64,000 nt of DNA from SAR324 cluster bacterium REDSEA-S27_B3 (GTDB lineage Bacteria > SAR324 > NAC60-12), in assembly GCA_001627865.1 (NCBI GenBank), contig LUQO01000038.1:10941-74940 (forward strand). Direction: 5' to 3'. The position numbers and the translations under genes were made by a program. The notes under the pieces were generated by a model. That model searched no databases and was not told where the DNA came from. It saw only the letters and a list, made by a program, of their open reading frames with translations. Below, in pieces: positions 39,496-48,439 of this stretch; the stretch's first letter is position 1, and each line of letters starts with the position of its first letter.

Positions 39496-39530
39496 CTGAT
39501 TTACACTGATTGTAAAAAGGTAAAGAAGTA

Positions 39531-40361
39531 ATGAATGAAAATCCACACATTCTCGGTTTGGCACTAGGGGGAGGGGCTTTTCGAGGCACCGCGCATCTTG
39601 GTGTGATAAAAGCTTTGGAGGAAGAGGGGCTGCGTCCCGGATTTTTATGCGGCACAAGCGCCGGAGCAATGGCAGCGGCATTTTACGCTTTTGGGATGCC
39701 TCCGGAAGAAATCCGTAATGTTGCCCGTAATCTGCGCTGGTTGAAAGCTACAAATTTTACTTTTTCCAAACTTGGGTTGCTTTCAAATAATGAAATCGGC
39801 AAGTTCATTGAGAAATACCTTGGCGACGTACTGATTGAAGATTCACCGATTCCGCTGGCGATTGTGGCGGCGGATATTTCAAGCGGAGAAAAAGTAGTTT
39901 TTAAGACAGGTAGTCTTTCCACGGCAATCATGTCAAGTACGTGTATTCCTGGAGTTTTTATGCCGGCGCAGGTGGCAGGACGCATGTTGGTGGATGGTGC
40001 AATTGTGGAAAATGTACCCGTGTCAATTCTCAGAGAGATGGGAGCTAAAGTGTGTGTAGGAGTGGATTTGGGCAGTGGTGGTTACAGGGAGCCGGAAACT
40101 CTGGTGGAAGTTCTGCTGAATGCTTTCAGCATCGCCATTGACCGCACTATTCACAATATGAGCGAACAGGCGGATGTTATTATCAAGCCTTCCCTGGCGG
40201 GCTATAGTCTGACTGACTCGGGAAATTCAATAAAACTTTACGCCGAAGGTTACCGCAGCGGGATTATGGCATTGGATGAAATCAAGACTCTTGTTGAAAA
40301 AGCAGGGCCTTCTTCTCTTGAGGTTCTGGAACAAAAATTCAGAAGCTGGCTTGAATCATAA
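39531..40361 (+). CDS. patatin-like phospholipase
   Basis: Oxyanion GGGAFRG, nucleophile GTSAG (GxSxG), catalytic Asp in ..LVDGAIVENVP.. (DGA/G). 276 aa. Confidence 0.8.
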   Translation: MNENPHILGLALGGGAFRGTAHLGVIKALEEEGLRPGFLCGTSAGAMAAAFYAFGMPPEEIRNVARNLRWLKATNFTFSKLGLLSNNEIGKFIEKYLGDVLIEDSPIPLAIVAADISSGEKVVFKTGSLSTAIMSSTCIPGVFMPAQVAGRMLVDGAIVENVPVSILREMGAKVCVGVDLGSGGYREPETLVEVLLNAFSIAIDRTIHNMSEQADVIIKPSLAGYSLTDSGNSIKLYAEGYRSGIMALDEIKTLVEKAGPSSLEVLEQKFRSWLES

Positions 40362-40492
40362 TCCATCTGTTTTCCCGTTAAAAATATTCCAAGCTGAACT
40401 CAAAGTTCTGGAGAAAAAATACGGCAAATTTCATATTTGCTAAATAATTTTGTCTTCTAATCAATTCTCACTAAAAACTTAAATAAACCATA

Positions 40493-40873
40493 ATGTCTGA
40501 GTTATCTTTTCTGGCAATTGCAATAGGCGGCGGATTGGGTTCAGTAGCAAGATTTGTTGTTTCCAGAGAAATGGGGAACTGGTTTGGAAATTATTTGCCT
40601 TATGGCACACTGACAGTAAATGTTCTGGGGTCGCTTGTTCTAGGTTGGCTGGCCACTGTCTTGCTGGACCGCCCCGAAATAAGCAGTGCCGTCCGGCTTG
40701 GAGTGGCAGTGGGATTTCTGGGTGCGTTTACCACTTTTTCAGCGTTTAGTTACGAGTCAGTCCAGCTATTACTGAACGGTGCTGTGTGGCGGGCATTTTT
40801 GAATGTTTCTGTTAATGCGATTGCTTGTATTGGCATGTGTTATCTTGGCATGCAGATAGCCAGGATGGTGTAA
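40493..40873 (+). CDS. crcB: fluoride ion channel CrcB/FluC
   Basis: 126 aa, 4 TM, ..GGGLGSVARF.., ..GTLTVNVLGS.., ..GFLGAFTTFSAFS.. canonical CrcB blocks. Confidence 0.85.
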   Translation: MSELSFLAIAIGGGLGSVARFVVSREMGNWFGNYLPYGTLTVNVLGSLVLGWLATVLLDRPEISSAVRLGVAVGFLGAFTTFSAFSYESVQLLLNGAVWRAFLNVSVNAIACIGMCYLGMQIARMV

Positions 40874-40916
40874 CTTCAAATAATCCTTTTATTCGGCTGA
40901 CAAAATTTGGTTTTAG

Positions 40917-41318
40917 TTATTCATTAGCTGGAACCAGTTTCACATTTCTCCTCTCATCAATTCTGCTTTGCCAGATTTTCCCCAGCTGTTCGCGTGTGAT
41001 CTTAGGAATATTGTGTTCAGTACGTAGAGTTGACTGACCGCTTTGAATTACCGGAATTCCTGACGGAACAAGAATCAAACGATTGTTTGCATCCCGATTT
41101 ATCAACGCAAATTCAAAGTATCCGCTTGTTTTACTTTTTACCAGGATCATTTTATTTTCTGTTTCAATCCAGCTGAAATATTCATCACCTTTGAGATGTG
41201 CCTGAAAAGTGGAACCGTCAGGCTGCGCGAAGGTGATTAAGAAAGGAGCCGCGGGTACTGCCATAAGATTTATGGCAAATCCCGTAAGCAAGGAGATAGC
41301 CAGGCTGATCAATTTCAT
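40917..41318 (-). CDS. small secreted protein resembling the N-terminal QPDG..GDE module of M6-type peptidases
   Basis: Signal peptide, then ..TFAQPDGSTFQAHLKGDEYFSWIETENKMILV..SGYFEFA... 7 nt downstream of the M6-like peptidase gene on the same strand. Confidence 0.5.
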   Translation of the reverse strand: MKLISLAISLLTGFAINLMAVPAAPFLITFAQPDGSTFQAHLKGDEYFSWIETENKMILVKSKTSGYFEFALINRDANNRLILVPSGIPVIQSGQSTLRTEHNIPKITREQLGKIWQSRIDERRNVKLVPANE

Positions 41319-41325
41319 TTCAATC

Positions 41326-42813
41326 TCATTTGCTGATGGTTAAAGTCATGTTGTCTCCGGCCGCGCTGATATTAGTTACACTGATTCCGGAAGAAGAATT
41401 GTCATAAAGCTTACTGCTGGGTGTACTGCTGTTGTCAAAAGTCGCACTGTTTCCACTGTAAAACAGATGCGTAGTTCTTCCATTGGACGACGCATTATCC
41501 AAATCGCCGTCGTTTGCCTCTTCAAGGTCAACCAATGGCGGAGATTGTACTGAGCAGTTATTCAGAGTGTAACAGCTGCTTAGAATATCCTTCACATGCC
41601 AGACAGCCAATCCTCCGGTGTATTTGGTTCCCACAGCTACGCTTGAGCTGTTGTCATAGATAAGGTAATTAAGCCCTTGATCATAACCTCCCGCAGAACG
41701 GTTTTCAAAGAGAAAATACTCTCCGCTGGTGGAAGTAGCTGCTTTGTAGATGCCGCAAGATGCCGCATGAGTACTGCTTTGATATACTGCAGCCAGTGAT
41801 AAATTATTTGTCCCGTTGTCAATTGTTTGAGGAACACATGCAGTGATCTTTTCTTTCGACCAGGCGCTTAAATGCACAGGTGTTGCACCCATTTTTTCAG
41901 TTTCAGTTTTTTGACCCCATGGTCCGCCACCCATCAGTCCAAAAGCACCAATTCCGGCGCTAACATAAGTGGTATCGTATAAATCCGGCAATTCAAAATA
42001 AGCATGTCCAAGTTCATGAGCCATTACACCAATTGTCGCATCATAAGTATTGCTTGAACTCGATCCTTGCAGTTCACCAAATTGAGAATAGCCGTTTTGA
42101 CTCCAACTAAGTTTTCCTAACAACCTCACATTGTCAAGCGTTATGCCGTGCTCACCAGATTCATCCGTGTAAGATCCATCTCCATTTACATCACATAGTA
42201 ATTCTGTTGCCATTCCCCAAACACCTCCAGGAGTATTTATTCCGGAGGCACTTTCGCCACCCGAAATCAGAAAAATAACCTGCAGTTCACTAACACTTAG
42301 TTTCCCGTTGCTGTCTGTGTCAAAAGCGGCGAAATCTACACTGGAGTCTGTTTCAGCAATAGCTTTGGCAGCATAGCATGCCCATGAATTTTTCTGTGTA
42401 TTGGGATGATTTTCAGGCATGTTAACTGTTATGACACCGTCATTACTGCAGCCTGATGACTCCGCAGCAGGTGTAAACTGATATTTGCTATAGGTAGTTT
42501 CAGCCATGAAATGATTCATCTGCCCCTCATTGGTGCCAAACATTTTATTAGCCCAGGTCGTTTCATCACTTTTAAAACATGCGTTATCGTATTGAACTCG
42601 CACCATCAGCAGCGGAACTTTAGTGGTAGCTGTCAGAGTGCTGGTTGATATACAGGAACCTTTATCTGAGGGGCTTGTGGTGTAGCAGGGGCCAGAAGAT
42701 GAACTGCTTTCAGATTCTTCCTTTTTACTGCAGGTACTAAAAATCAAAAGAGAAATGACGGACAAAATGAAAAATAATACACTATTTTTCGAGGAATAAT
42801 TCACTATGCCCAT
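41326..42813 (-). CDS. M6-like (immune inhibitor A-type) zinc metalloprotease lipoprotein
   Basis: Lipobox (IFSTC), Ser-rich linker, HExxH in ..IGVMAHELGHAYFELPDLYD.., Ca-binding DxDxNG loop (DTDSNGKLSVSELQ). 495 aa. Confidence 0.7.
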   Translation of the reverse strand: MGIVNYSSKNSVLFFILSVISLLIFSTCSKKEESESSSSSGPCYTTSPSDKGSCISTSTLTATTKVPLLMVRVQYDNACFKSDETTWANKMFGTNEGQMNHFMAETTYSKYQFTPAAESSGCSNDGVITVNMPENHPNTQKNSWACYAAKAIAETDSSVDFAAFDTDSNGKLSVSELQVIFLISGGESASGINTPGGVWGMATELLCDVNGDGSYTDESGEHGITLDNVRLLGKLSWSQNGYSQFGELQGSSSSNTYDATIGVMAHELGHAYFELPDLYDTTYVSAGIGAFGLMGGGPWGQKTETEKMGATPVHLSAWSKEKITACVPQTIDNGTNNLSLAAVYQSSTHAASCGIYKAATSTSGEYFLFENRSAGGYDQGLNYLIYDNSSSVAVGTKYTGGLAVWHVKDILSSCYTLNNCSVQSPPLVDLEEANDGDLDNASSNGRTTHLFYSGNSATFDNSSTPSSKLYDNSSSGISVTNISAAGDNMTLTISK

Positions 42814-43073
42814 TCAATATTTATGACAGAATTACAGTTATTTAGGATCCTCAGAAAGTTATAAAGATTTCTACGAAAAAACGAATTCAGTTTTACAAAT
42901 AGAGATCAACTGCTTATGCTGAGATCATTTGAGAAGTTTAAAAATCAGCTGCACACCATCATTTTTAACACCAATGAATTTTCTTATACAAGCTGAATTT
43001 CTATATTTTCCACATGATTATCCCAAAAATTTAATCCTTATTTGCACCTGTGAATCTGCACTACGTTCAGAAA

Positions 43074-45860
43074 CTAGGGCAGGATTTCCATCTGTTGATT
43101 TATTGGCAGTTCCAGAAATTGACTGAACTCTGTATAGAACTCTTCAGCGGTCATGCCATAAGTCTTCTCGAAAGCACCTTCCCAGCCTAACTCATCGAGG
43201 TGAGGATAGAATATATCAAGTAAAGCCTGTTTCCCGGACTTTTGGGCAAGCCAGGCATGCGCCCAGGCACCTAAATCATAATGAGCATTATTGCATGGTG
43301 TTTTATAAGTGAGATCCTGCATCTTTAATCCGGGACAAGCTTTCAGGTTTCTCAAACCCTCCGTCATTTTGCTCTTCATTTTGTCTTTGAAGACAAAGGG
43401 CCAGCGACCTTTCATGTTTATTTCAGGAAGCTTGCCGGACTTTCGCAATTTCCATGATGCACTTTGAGCCATATATTCAGCAGCCCCCTCTTGAAACCAA
43501 ACGGGTCCCAGGAACTGTTTTCGTTTAGTGCTGTCTTTTGTTTGAATGTGTGAGTGCTGCACAGCGTGGAAATATTCGTGAAAGACCGTTTTCTGTTCAT
43601 CTGCTCCTGGAACCTTAAACAGGTCGGTGAAACCAAGGGGGAGTGATGATGTGAAAAAGTGAATGCTCCATTCACGATGTCCATTACGACCTGCGTCCAT
43701 CCTTGGACTGCCTGAGGAAACTGCTTCAGCACCAGTCTTACGATAGGACTCAAACCCATATTGCGAATTGTTTTCCTCTTCTAAACAACTTTCTTTTGAA
43801 AACTGGCCGCGATTGTCACGCCGTTCACAATAAAGTTCAGTCAATGCCTGGCCTGCTTGTTCGTCAGTTCCTAAAACCCAGTATTCAAGCGGACCATAGT
43901 TCCCCCATTCAGCAGCAGCTGCTAATAAGGCTGTTGTTATCTGGTCGCAAATACTGAAGGATAAGTCGTAAGCACAGAAAACCTCTGGTGAGTAGTCCGT
44001 AATTTTACCCCAGGGCTGTGTTGAGTCCGGAGGGACAGAGGTCTGTAATGAAGAACAATAGGTATGTGTTTTAAGGTCCTGGCATCTGTTAACCGTATCA
44101 AGCCTTTTAAGCTTAGTTCCATTCACATACTCGATAGTAATATTCCCATCTTTTTCATAACTTTTTATGTTCCAGTACTTCCCATCATTCCATTCTCCAT
44201 CATATTTATCTCCATCAACTAAAGTAAGACTTCCCTGACCATGCATTTTGCCATTTTTGAAGCTGCCTGAAAAAAAAATCCCATCCGAAAAAGTATATGT
44301 TCCTTGCCCATCCTTTATCCCATCCTTGTATTGGCCTTCATATTTGTCTCCTTTCCACTTCCCTTTACCAAATGTGTATGTTCCATGGCCATGATATTTC
44401 CCTTCCTGCCATTCACCTTCATAACTTTCCCCAGAAGGTGTGCTGAATAATCCATGTCCATGGAATTCCCCATTCTTCCATTCTCCTTCATACTTTCTGC
44501 CATCAAAATAAGTTTGAGTTCCTTGTCCGTTTATTTTTCCTTTTTTATAGTTACCCACATATTTGTTTCCATTATTCCAGGTAAAGGTACCGTGGCCATT
44601 TTTTTTGCCATCCTTAAATTCACCTGAAAAATTGTTTCCATCAGCATAAGTATAAATCCCCTTCCCATGTTTTTTATCATCCTTGAATTCACCCTTATAG
44701 ATATCACCTTCGGCTTCTCCTTTGCTGTGAGTGAGTGTCCCTAGTCCATTTTTTAACCCCCGCCTGAACTCACCTGAATACTTGCTTCCATCAGCATAAG
44801 TATATATCCCCTTCCCATGTTTTTTATCATCTTTGAAATTACCCTCGTAGATATCACCCTCGAATTCTCCTTTGCCATAAATGAGTGTGCCCTTACCGTT
44901 TTTTAAGCTATGCTTGAATTCACCTGAATACCTGTCTCCATTGGCATAAGTGTATATCCCTTGACCATGTTTCTTTCCAGCCTTGAATTCTCCCACATAC
45001 ATTTCACCCTCTAATTCACCTTTGTTGTAAGTTAGTGTACCCTGCCCGTGTTTTAATCCATCCCTGAATTCTCCCACATACTTGCTTCCGTCTGTTTGAA
45101 TATATATTCCCTGTCCATGTTTCTTCCCATCTTTGAATTCCCCCACATACTTGTCTGAATCATGCCAGGAAAAAATCCCTCGACCGTGATATTTACCATC
45201 CTTGAATTCACCCTCATACTTGTTACCGCTCAGAAAAGTAAGTGTTCCCTTGCCATTCTGTCTTCCATTCTTCCATTCACCTGTATATTTTTCCCCATCA
45301 GGCCAGGACAATGTTCCAAAACTGTCAGGTATTTCATTTAAAATTTCTCCTTCATATTTACCATCTTTATCTTCATCGCCATCTGAATGCCATCGATATT
45401 CTCCATTCACCATACGAAGAAACAAAACACCTTTTCGCGTGTTACCTAATTCAAAATCTTTTTCACCCTTTGAATCACTGACCAAATTCTCTACCAAATC
45501 TTTTAAATTTTCATTCAACTGAGTTGTATTACAACTTACACATAGTTTCGTTTCTATTTTCCTGTAATCATCACTTATCCATCTCAAACCTAACTCTGAA
45601 ACTCCATCATTTTTTGTAATATCCAGTTGGAAAATATTGCAGCCAGACAGGCATTTGCCACTTTCATTTTGAGGAGGAGCTGAGATATCAAAATATTTTG
45701 ACAAAGAGTCATCAAGGGTAATCAAAAGAAATTGAATTTGAATGTCAGAAAGATTCCCTTTAATTATAGGTGGGATGACAAAACCAGGGGGTTTTGAGGA
45801 CTGTCCAGATAAAGGTGAAACAAGAAGAATGAATGAGAGTATAAATAGCAGATGTTTCAT
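43074..45860 (-). CDS. secreted MORN-repeat protein with C-terminal peptidase-MA-like (HExxH...EG.AEY) domain
   Basis: Signal peptide from the ATG at 45860 (MKHLLFILSFILLVSPLSG). At least 15 MORN units (YxGE(F/W)KDGKxHGxG). C-terminal ..VFHEYFHAVQH.. followed about 25 aa later by ..WFQEGAAEYMA.. (gluzincin-like). Confidence 0.75.
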   Translation of the reverse strand: MKHLLFILSFILLVSPLSGQSSKPPGFVIPPIIKGNLSDIQIQFLLITLDDSLSKYFDISAPPQNESGKCLSGCNIFQLDITKNDGVSELGLRWISDDYRKIETKLCVSCNTTQLNENLKDLVENLVSDSKGEKDFELGNTRKGVLFLRMVNGEYRWHSDGDEDKDGKYEGEILNEIPDSFGTLSWPDGEKYTGEWKNGRQNGKGTLTFLSGNKYEGEFKDGKYHGRGIFSWHDSDKYVGEFKDGKKHGQGIYIQTDGSKYVGEFRDGLKHGQGTLTYNKGELEGEMYVGEFKAGKKHGQGIYTYANGDRYSGEFKHSLKNGKGTLIYGKGEFEGDIYEGNFKDDKKHGKGIYTYADGSKYSGEFRRGLKNGLGTLTHSKGEAEGDIYKGEFKDDKKHGKGIYTYADGNNFSGEFKDGKKNGHGTFTWNNGNKYVGNYKKGKINGQGTQTYFDGRKYEGEWKNGEFHGHGLFSTPSGESYEGEWQEGKYHGHGTYTFGKGKWKGDKYEGQYKDGIKDGQGTYTFSDGIFFSGSFKNGKMHGQGSLTLVDGDKYDGEWNDGKYWNIKSYEKDGNITIEYVNGTKLKRLDTVNRCQDLKTHTYCSSLQTSVPPDSTQPWGKITDYSPEVFCAYDLSFSICDQITTALLAAAAEWGNYGPLEYWVLGTDEQAGQALTELYCERRDNRGQFSKESCLEEENNSQYGFESYRKTGAEAVSSGSPRMDAGRNGHREWSIHFFTSSLPLGFTDLFKVPGADEQKTVFHEYFHAVQHSHIQTKDSTKRKQFLGPVWFQEGAAEYMAQSASWKLRKSGKLPEINMKGRWPFVFKDKMKSKMTEGLRNLKACPGLKMQDLTYKTPCNNAHYDLGAWAHAWLAQKSGKQALLDIFYPHLDELGWEGAFEKTYGMTAEEFYTEFSQFLELPINQQMEILP
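44165..45365. repeat. MORN-repeat coding array with near-identical internal DNA duplications (about 150-nt period)
   Basis: For example, tcagcataagtata(a/t)atccccttcccatgttttttatcatc.. occurs at 44641 and again at 44791. The protein repeats ..FKDDKKHGKGIYTYADG.. twice. Confidence 0.75.
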
Positions 45861-46066
45861 TAGAGCTGTATTTGACCTTGATAATATACAATTATTTCCT
45901 TTTTGTGATTTAGAAAACCTAATATATACCACAATTTAAAGGTTTATAAAACAAAGTGAGTGACTACTTTACATGATTCCGGCTGTAAAGGATTTAGGAT
46001 AAATAATGATTCAGGAAATATTTTTCTAATGAATGGGAAGATTTGTAGCAGGAAGGAAAAAAAGTG

Positions 46067-46156
46067 TGGCGGAGAGAGAGGGATTCGAACCCTCGGTACG
46101 GTTGCCCGCACACGTGATTTCCAGTCACGCACCTTCGGCCACTCGGTCACCTCTCC
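46067..46156 (-). tRNA. tRNA-Ser (anticodon GGA), CCA encoded
   Basis: Reverse complement reads GGAGAGGTGACCGAGTGGCCGAAGGTGCGTGACTGGAAATCACGTGTGCGGGCAACCGTACCGAGGGTTCGAATCCCTCTCTCTCCGCCA. It has a 7-bp acceptor stem, anticodon loop CTGGAAA, a long variable arm and T-loop GGTTCGAATCC. Confidence 0.9.
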
Positions 46157-46232
46157 TCGCCAGAGTTGTTCTGAATAAAAACCGTTTCAGCGATGCCAAT
46201 TTTAACTGAGGAGGCATATCCGTGCAAGCTTT

Positions 46233-46260
46233 TTGCAAAGCTTATATAACACTTTATAAT
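46233..46260 (+). promoter_or_regulatory. candidate sigma-70 promoter (TTGCAA-N16-TATAAT) for the 46348 gene, with the -35 inside a 7-bp-stem palindrome
   Basis: TTGCAA at 46233-46238, TATAAT at 46255-46260. The palindrome AAGCTTT-ttgc-AAAGCTT spans 46226-46243. Confidence 0.3.
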
Positions 46261-46347
46261 TCCATCACTTTCTTTTGCTTGTGATACATTTGCAGGCTTT
46301 GTATGCTGGAATCAGGTTGATCCACCTAACAATTTCAACAGAAAAAT

Positions 46348-47268
46348 ATGAATTTACTGACTTACAACCACAGCATTGCATCATTGTTTATTCTTAGCGG
46401 AAGACTGTATCAAAAAAATATCATTCCGATTTTGATATTAACATCCGTAATTATTGCGCCTGCATTCCTGCTTGGTTTTGCAGGGTTTAGTGAAGTTGAA
46501 AGTATTGTTTTTTTTCTGTCTGTGAGAGTGCTTGAGGCCGCAGTCACATTAGGTATAATCGGCACAGCATTTGGCAGTTATTTTCCATCGCTAGGAATAC
46601 TGCGTGTATTTCGATCAATTATTTTGCTGGGGACAATACATGTGGCAATCCTGCAATATCTGCTCTTTATCACAGGAGTAATGGGACTGACTCTGCCTTT
46701 TCCATTAAATATTGTAGTGATCGCGTTCTGGCTTGGCGGTTTATTGCTGACTTCCATGTCACAACCTGTATTTATTGTAGAAGGAACTCGCGGCATTCGA
46801 GCGTTGATCCGGAGCATTCAACTGGCACGAGGTGATTTATCTCGTGTGTTTTTTGTTGTTGTAATCAGCACCATTTTGCAGTTTATTGTTTTTGCCGTAT
46901 TTTTCACCTTGTTCATGCCTGATTTTAATTTAGATGTTGAGCATACTCAAAACAGCTCACTTCCCATATTAATGTCTGAAATTTTGAATGATCCCCAGGT
47001 TCATCTGGCAATCCGCTGGTCACAATATCTGGCATCACTGCTTTTCTATCCTTTTGCGTCACTGGTAACCTGTTTCCTCTATTTTGATCTGGCAAGACGC
47101 CAGCAGTCGCTTAATGTGGATAAGCTGGCTCAATTTTCAAATCAAATGTTCGGCACACCGTTGTCTGCTAATGAAGAAGCTGAAATGGGAGAAAATGAGG
47201 AAATCATTGAACCATCCAAAGTGGAAGTAATTGATCCGGAAACTTCGGATACAAATAAAGACAAATGA
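46348..47268 (+). CDS. hypothetical polytopic membrane protein with acidic C-terminal tail
   Basis: 306 aa, about 6 TM segments, no recognisable motif. 4-nt ATGA overlap with engB. Confidence 0.6.
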   Translation: MNLLTYNHSIASLFILSGRLYQKNIIPILILTSVIIAPAFLLGFAGFSEVESIVFFLSVRVLEAAVTLGIIGTAFGSYFPSLGILRVFRSIILLGTIHVAILQYLLFITGVMGLTLPFPLNIVVIAFWLGGLLLTSMSQPVFIVEGTRGIRALIRSIQLARGDLSRVFFVVVISTILQFIVFAVFFTLFMPDFNLDVEHTQNSSLPILMSEILNDPQVHLAIRWSQYLASLLFYPFASLVTCFLYFDLARRQQSLNVDKLAQFSNQMFGTPLSANEEAEMGENEEIIEPSKVEVIDPETSDTNKDK

Positions 47269-47846
47269 AAATCCGCTCTGCTGAATTTATTCTGAGCGCG
47301 TCAAAAGCTGGACAATTTCCAACTCCATCACTTCCTGAAATTGCTTTTGCGGGGCGCTCAAATGTAGGCAAGTCAACACTCATCAATTCACTTCTCAATC
47401 GTAAAAAGCTTGTTAAAACCAGCGCTACTCCCGGAAAGACTCAGTTGATCAATTTTTTCAGGATCAATGATGAATTCCATTTTGTAGATCTTCCCGGATA
47501 TGGTTTCGCAAAGGTTCCGGGAAGTGTTCGTTTAAAATGGAAGGATCTTGTTGAAGATTATCTGAGGGAGAGAGAAACTCTAAGAAACGTCGTGCTGATA
47601 ATTGACTGCAGACACAACCCTACTGTACAAGACAGGCAACTAATGGAGTGGCTGCAGCACTATCAGCGTCCGGCGCTGATTGTTGCCAGTAAAATTGACA
47701 AATTAAAGCGCGGACAAGTTCAAAAGCACCTTAAACAAATCCAAAAAGAACTCTCCCTTGAGACTGCGCCTCTGGGACACTCCTCGTTACAATCTGGGAA
47801 GCGTGATGAAATATGGAAGGAATTGACTCCGTGGCTAATAAATTAA
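47265..47846 (+). CDS. engB: ribosome-biogenesis GTPase EngB/YsxC/YihA
   Basis: ..PEIAFAGRSNVGKSTLINSL.. (G1), ..DLPGYGFA.. (G3), ..ASKIDK.. (G4). 193 aa. Confidence 0.85.
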   Translation: MKIRSAEFILSASKAGQFPTPSLPEIAFAGRSNVGKSTLINSLLNRKKLVKTSATPGKTQLINFFRINDEFHFVDLPGYGFAKVPGSVRLKWKDLVEDYLRERETLRNVVLIIDCRHNPTVQDRQLMEWLQHYQRPALIVASKIDKLKRGQVQKHLKQIQKELSLETAPLGHSSLQSGKRDEIWKELTPWLIN

Positions 47847-47915
47847 AGCTATTATGAAGTTTAAATGAAGCCGGGACAGTCACCTGTTTTACAAGCAGAA
47901 AAAAACGAAAGAAAG

Positions 47916-48347
47916 TCATTCCACAGAATTGACTCTTTCTGTCTGTGAAAAGAAATAAGCAATTTCAATTGCGGCGTTTTCAAGACTGTCTGAGCCATGT
48001 ACAGTATTTTCCCCAAGGCTTTCTGCGTAATCACGTCTTATTGTTCCTTCTGCTGCCTCAGCAGGATTTGTTGCGCCCATTATTTCGCGATGATGTGAGA
48101 CGGCGTTTTTACCTTCCAGAATTGATACAACTACCGGCCCTGAACTCATGAACTGAGTGAGTTCGCTGAAAAAAGGACGCTCACGGTGAACCGCGTAAAA
48201 ACCTTCTGCCTCTCCGATGGACATGTGAATCATTTTTGTTGCAACAATTCGAAGGGCGTTTTCTTCAAATCGACTGAGTATTTTTCCCACAAGGTTTCGT
48301 CGAACTCCGTCCGGTTTAATAATTGATAAAGTTTTTTCTAATGCCAT
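47916..48347 (-). CDS. ndk: nucleoside diphosphate kinase
   Basis: ..[12 protein letters not shown].., ..GATNP..A..GTIR.., active-site ..NTVHGSDS... 143 aa. Confidence 0.9.
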   Translation of the reverse strand: MALEKTLSIIKPDGVRRNLVGKILSRFEENALRIVATKMIHMSIGEAEGFYAVHRERPFFSELTQFMSSGPVVVSILEGKNAVSHHREIMGATNPAEAAEGTIRRDYAESLGENTVHGSDSLENAAIEIAYFFSQTERVNSVE

Positions 48348-48439
48348 AATTATTTTTTTAAAAGGTTAATGATTATTCTTAGATTCCTTATTAAGGATCA
48401 ATTGACAAATTTAAATAAATCTACTTCTTCAAGAAATTT

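Noticed and set aside
40362-40492. Looked for a fluoride (crcB-motif) riboswitch in the 131-nt leader of crcB.
   Set aside because: I could not find the conserved GGnGAUGG...CUGAUGAUGCCUAC-type elements in the leader, which is simply AT-rich. Absence should still be confirmed with an Rfam RF01734 scan.
42814-43073. The 260-bp gap between the MORN gene and the M6 peptidase gene, including ORF 42929..43126(+), examined for a hidden gene or mobile-element remnant.
   Set aside because: The ORF has a non-ATG start, no SD, overlaps the MORN 3' end and has a nondescript translation. I saw no inverted terminal repeats. Most simply it is the M6 promoter region.
45944-46178. ORFs 45944..46150(-) and 45960..46178(+) in the tRNA region.
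   Set aside because: They overlap the tRNA-Ser gene itself, and their translations are tRNA-sequence artefacts.
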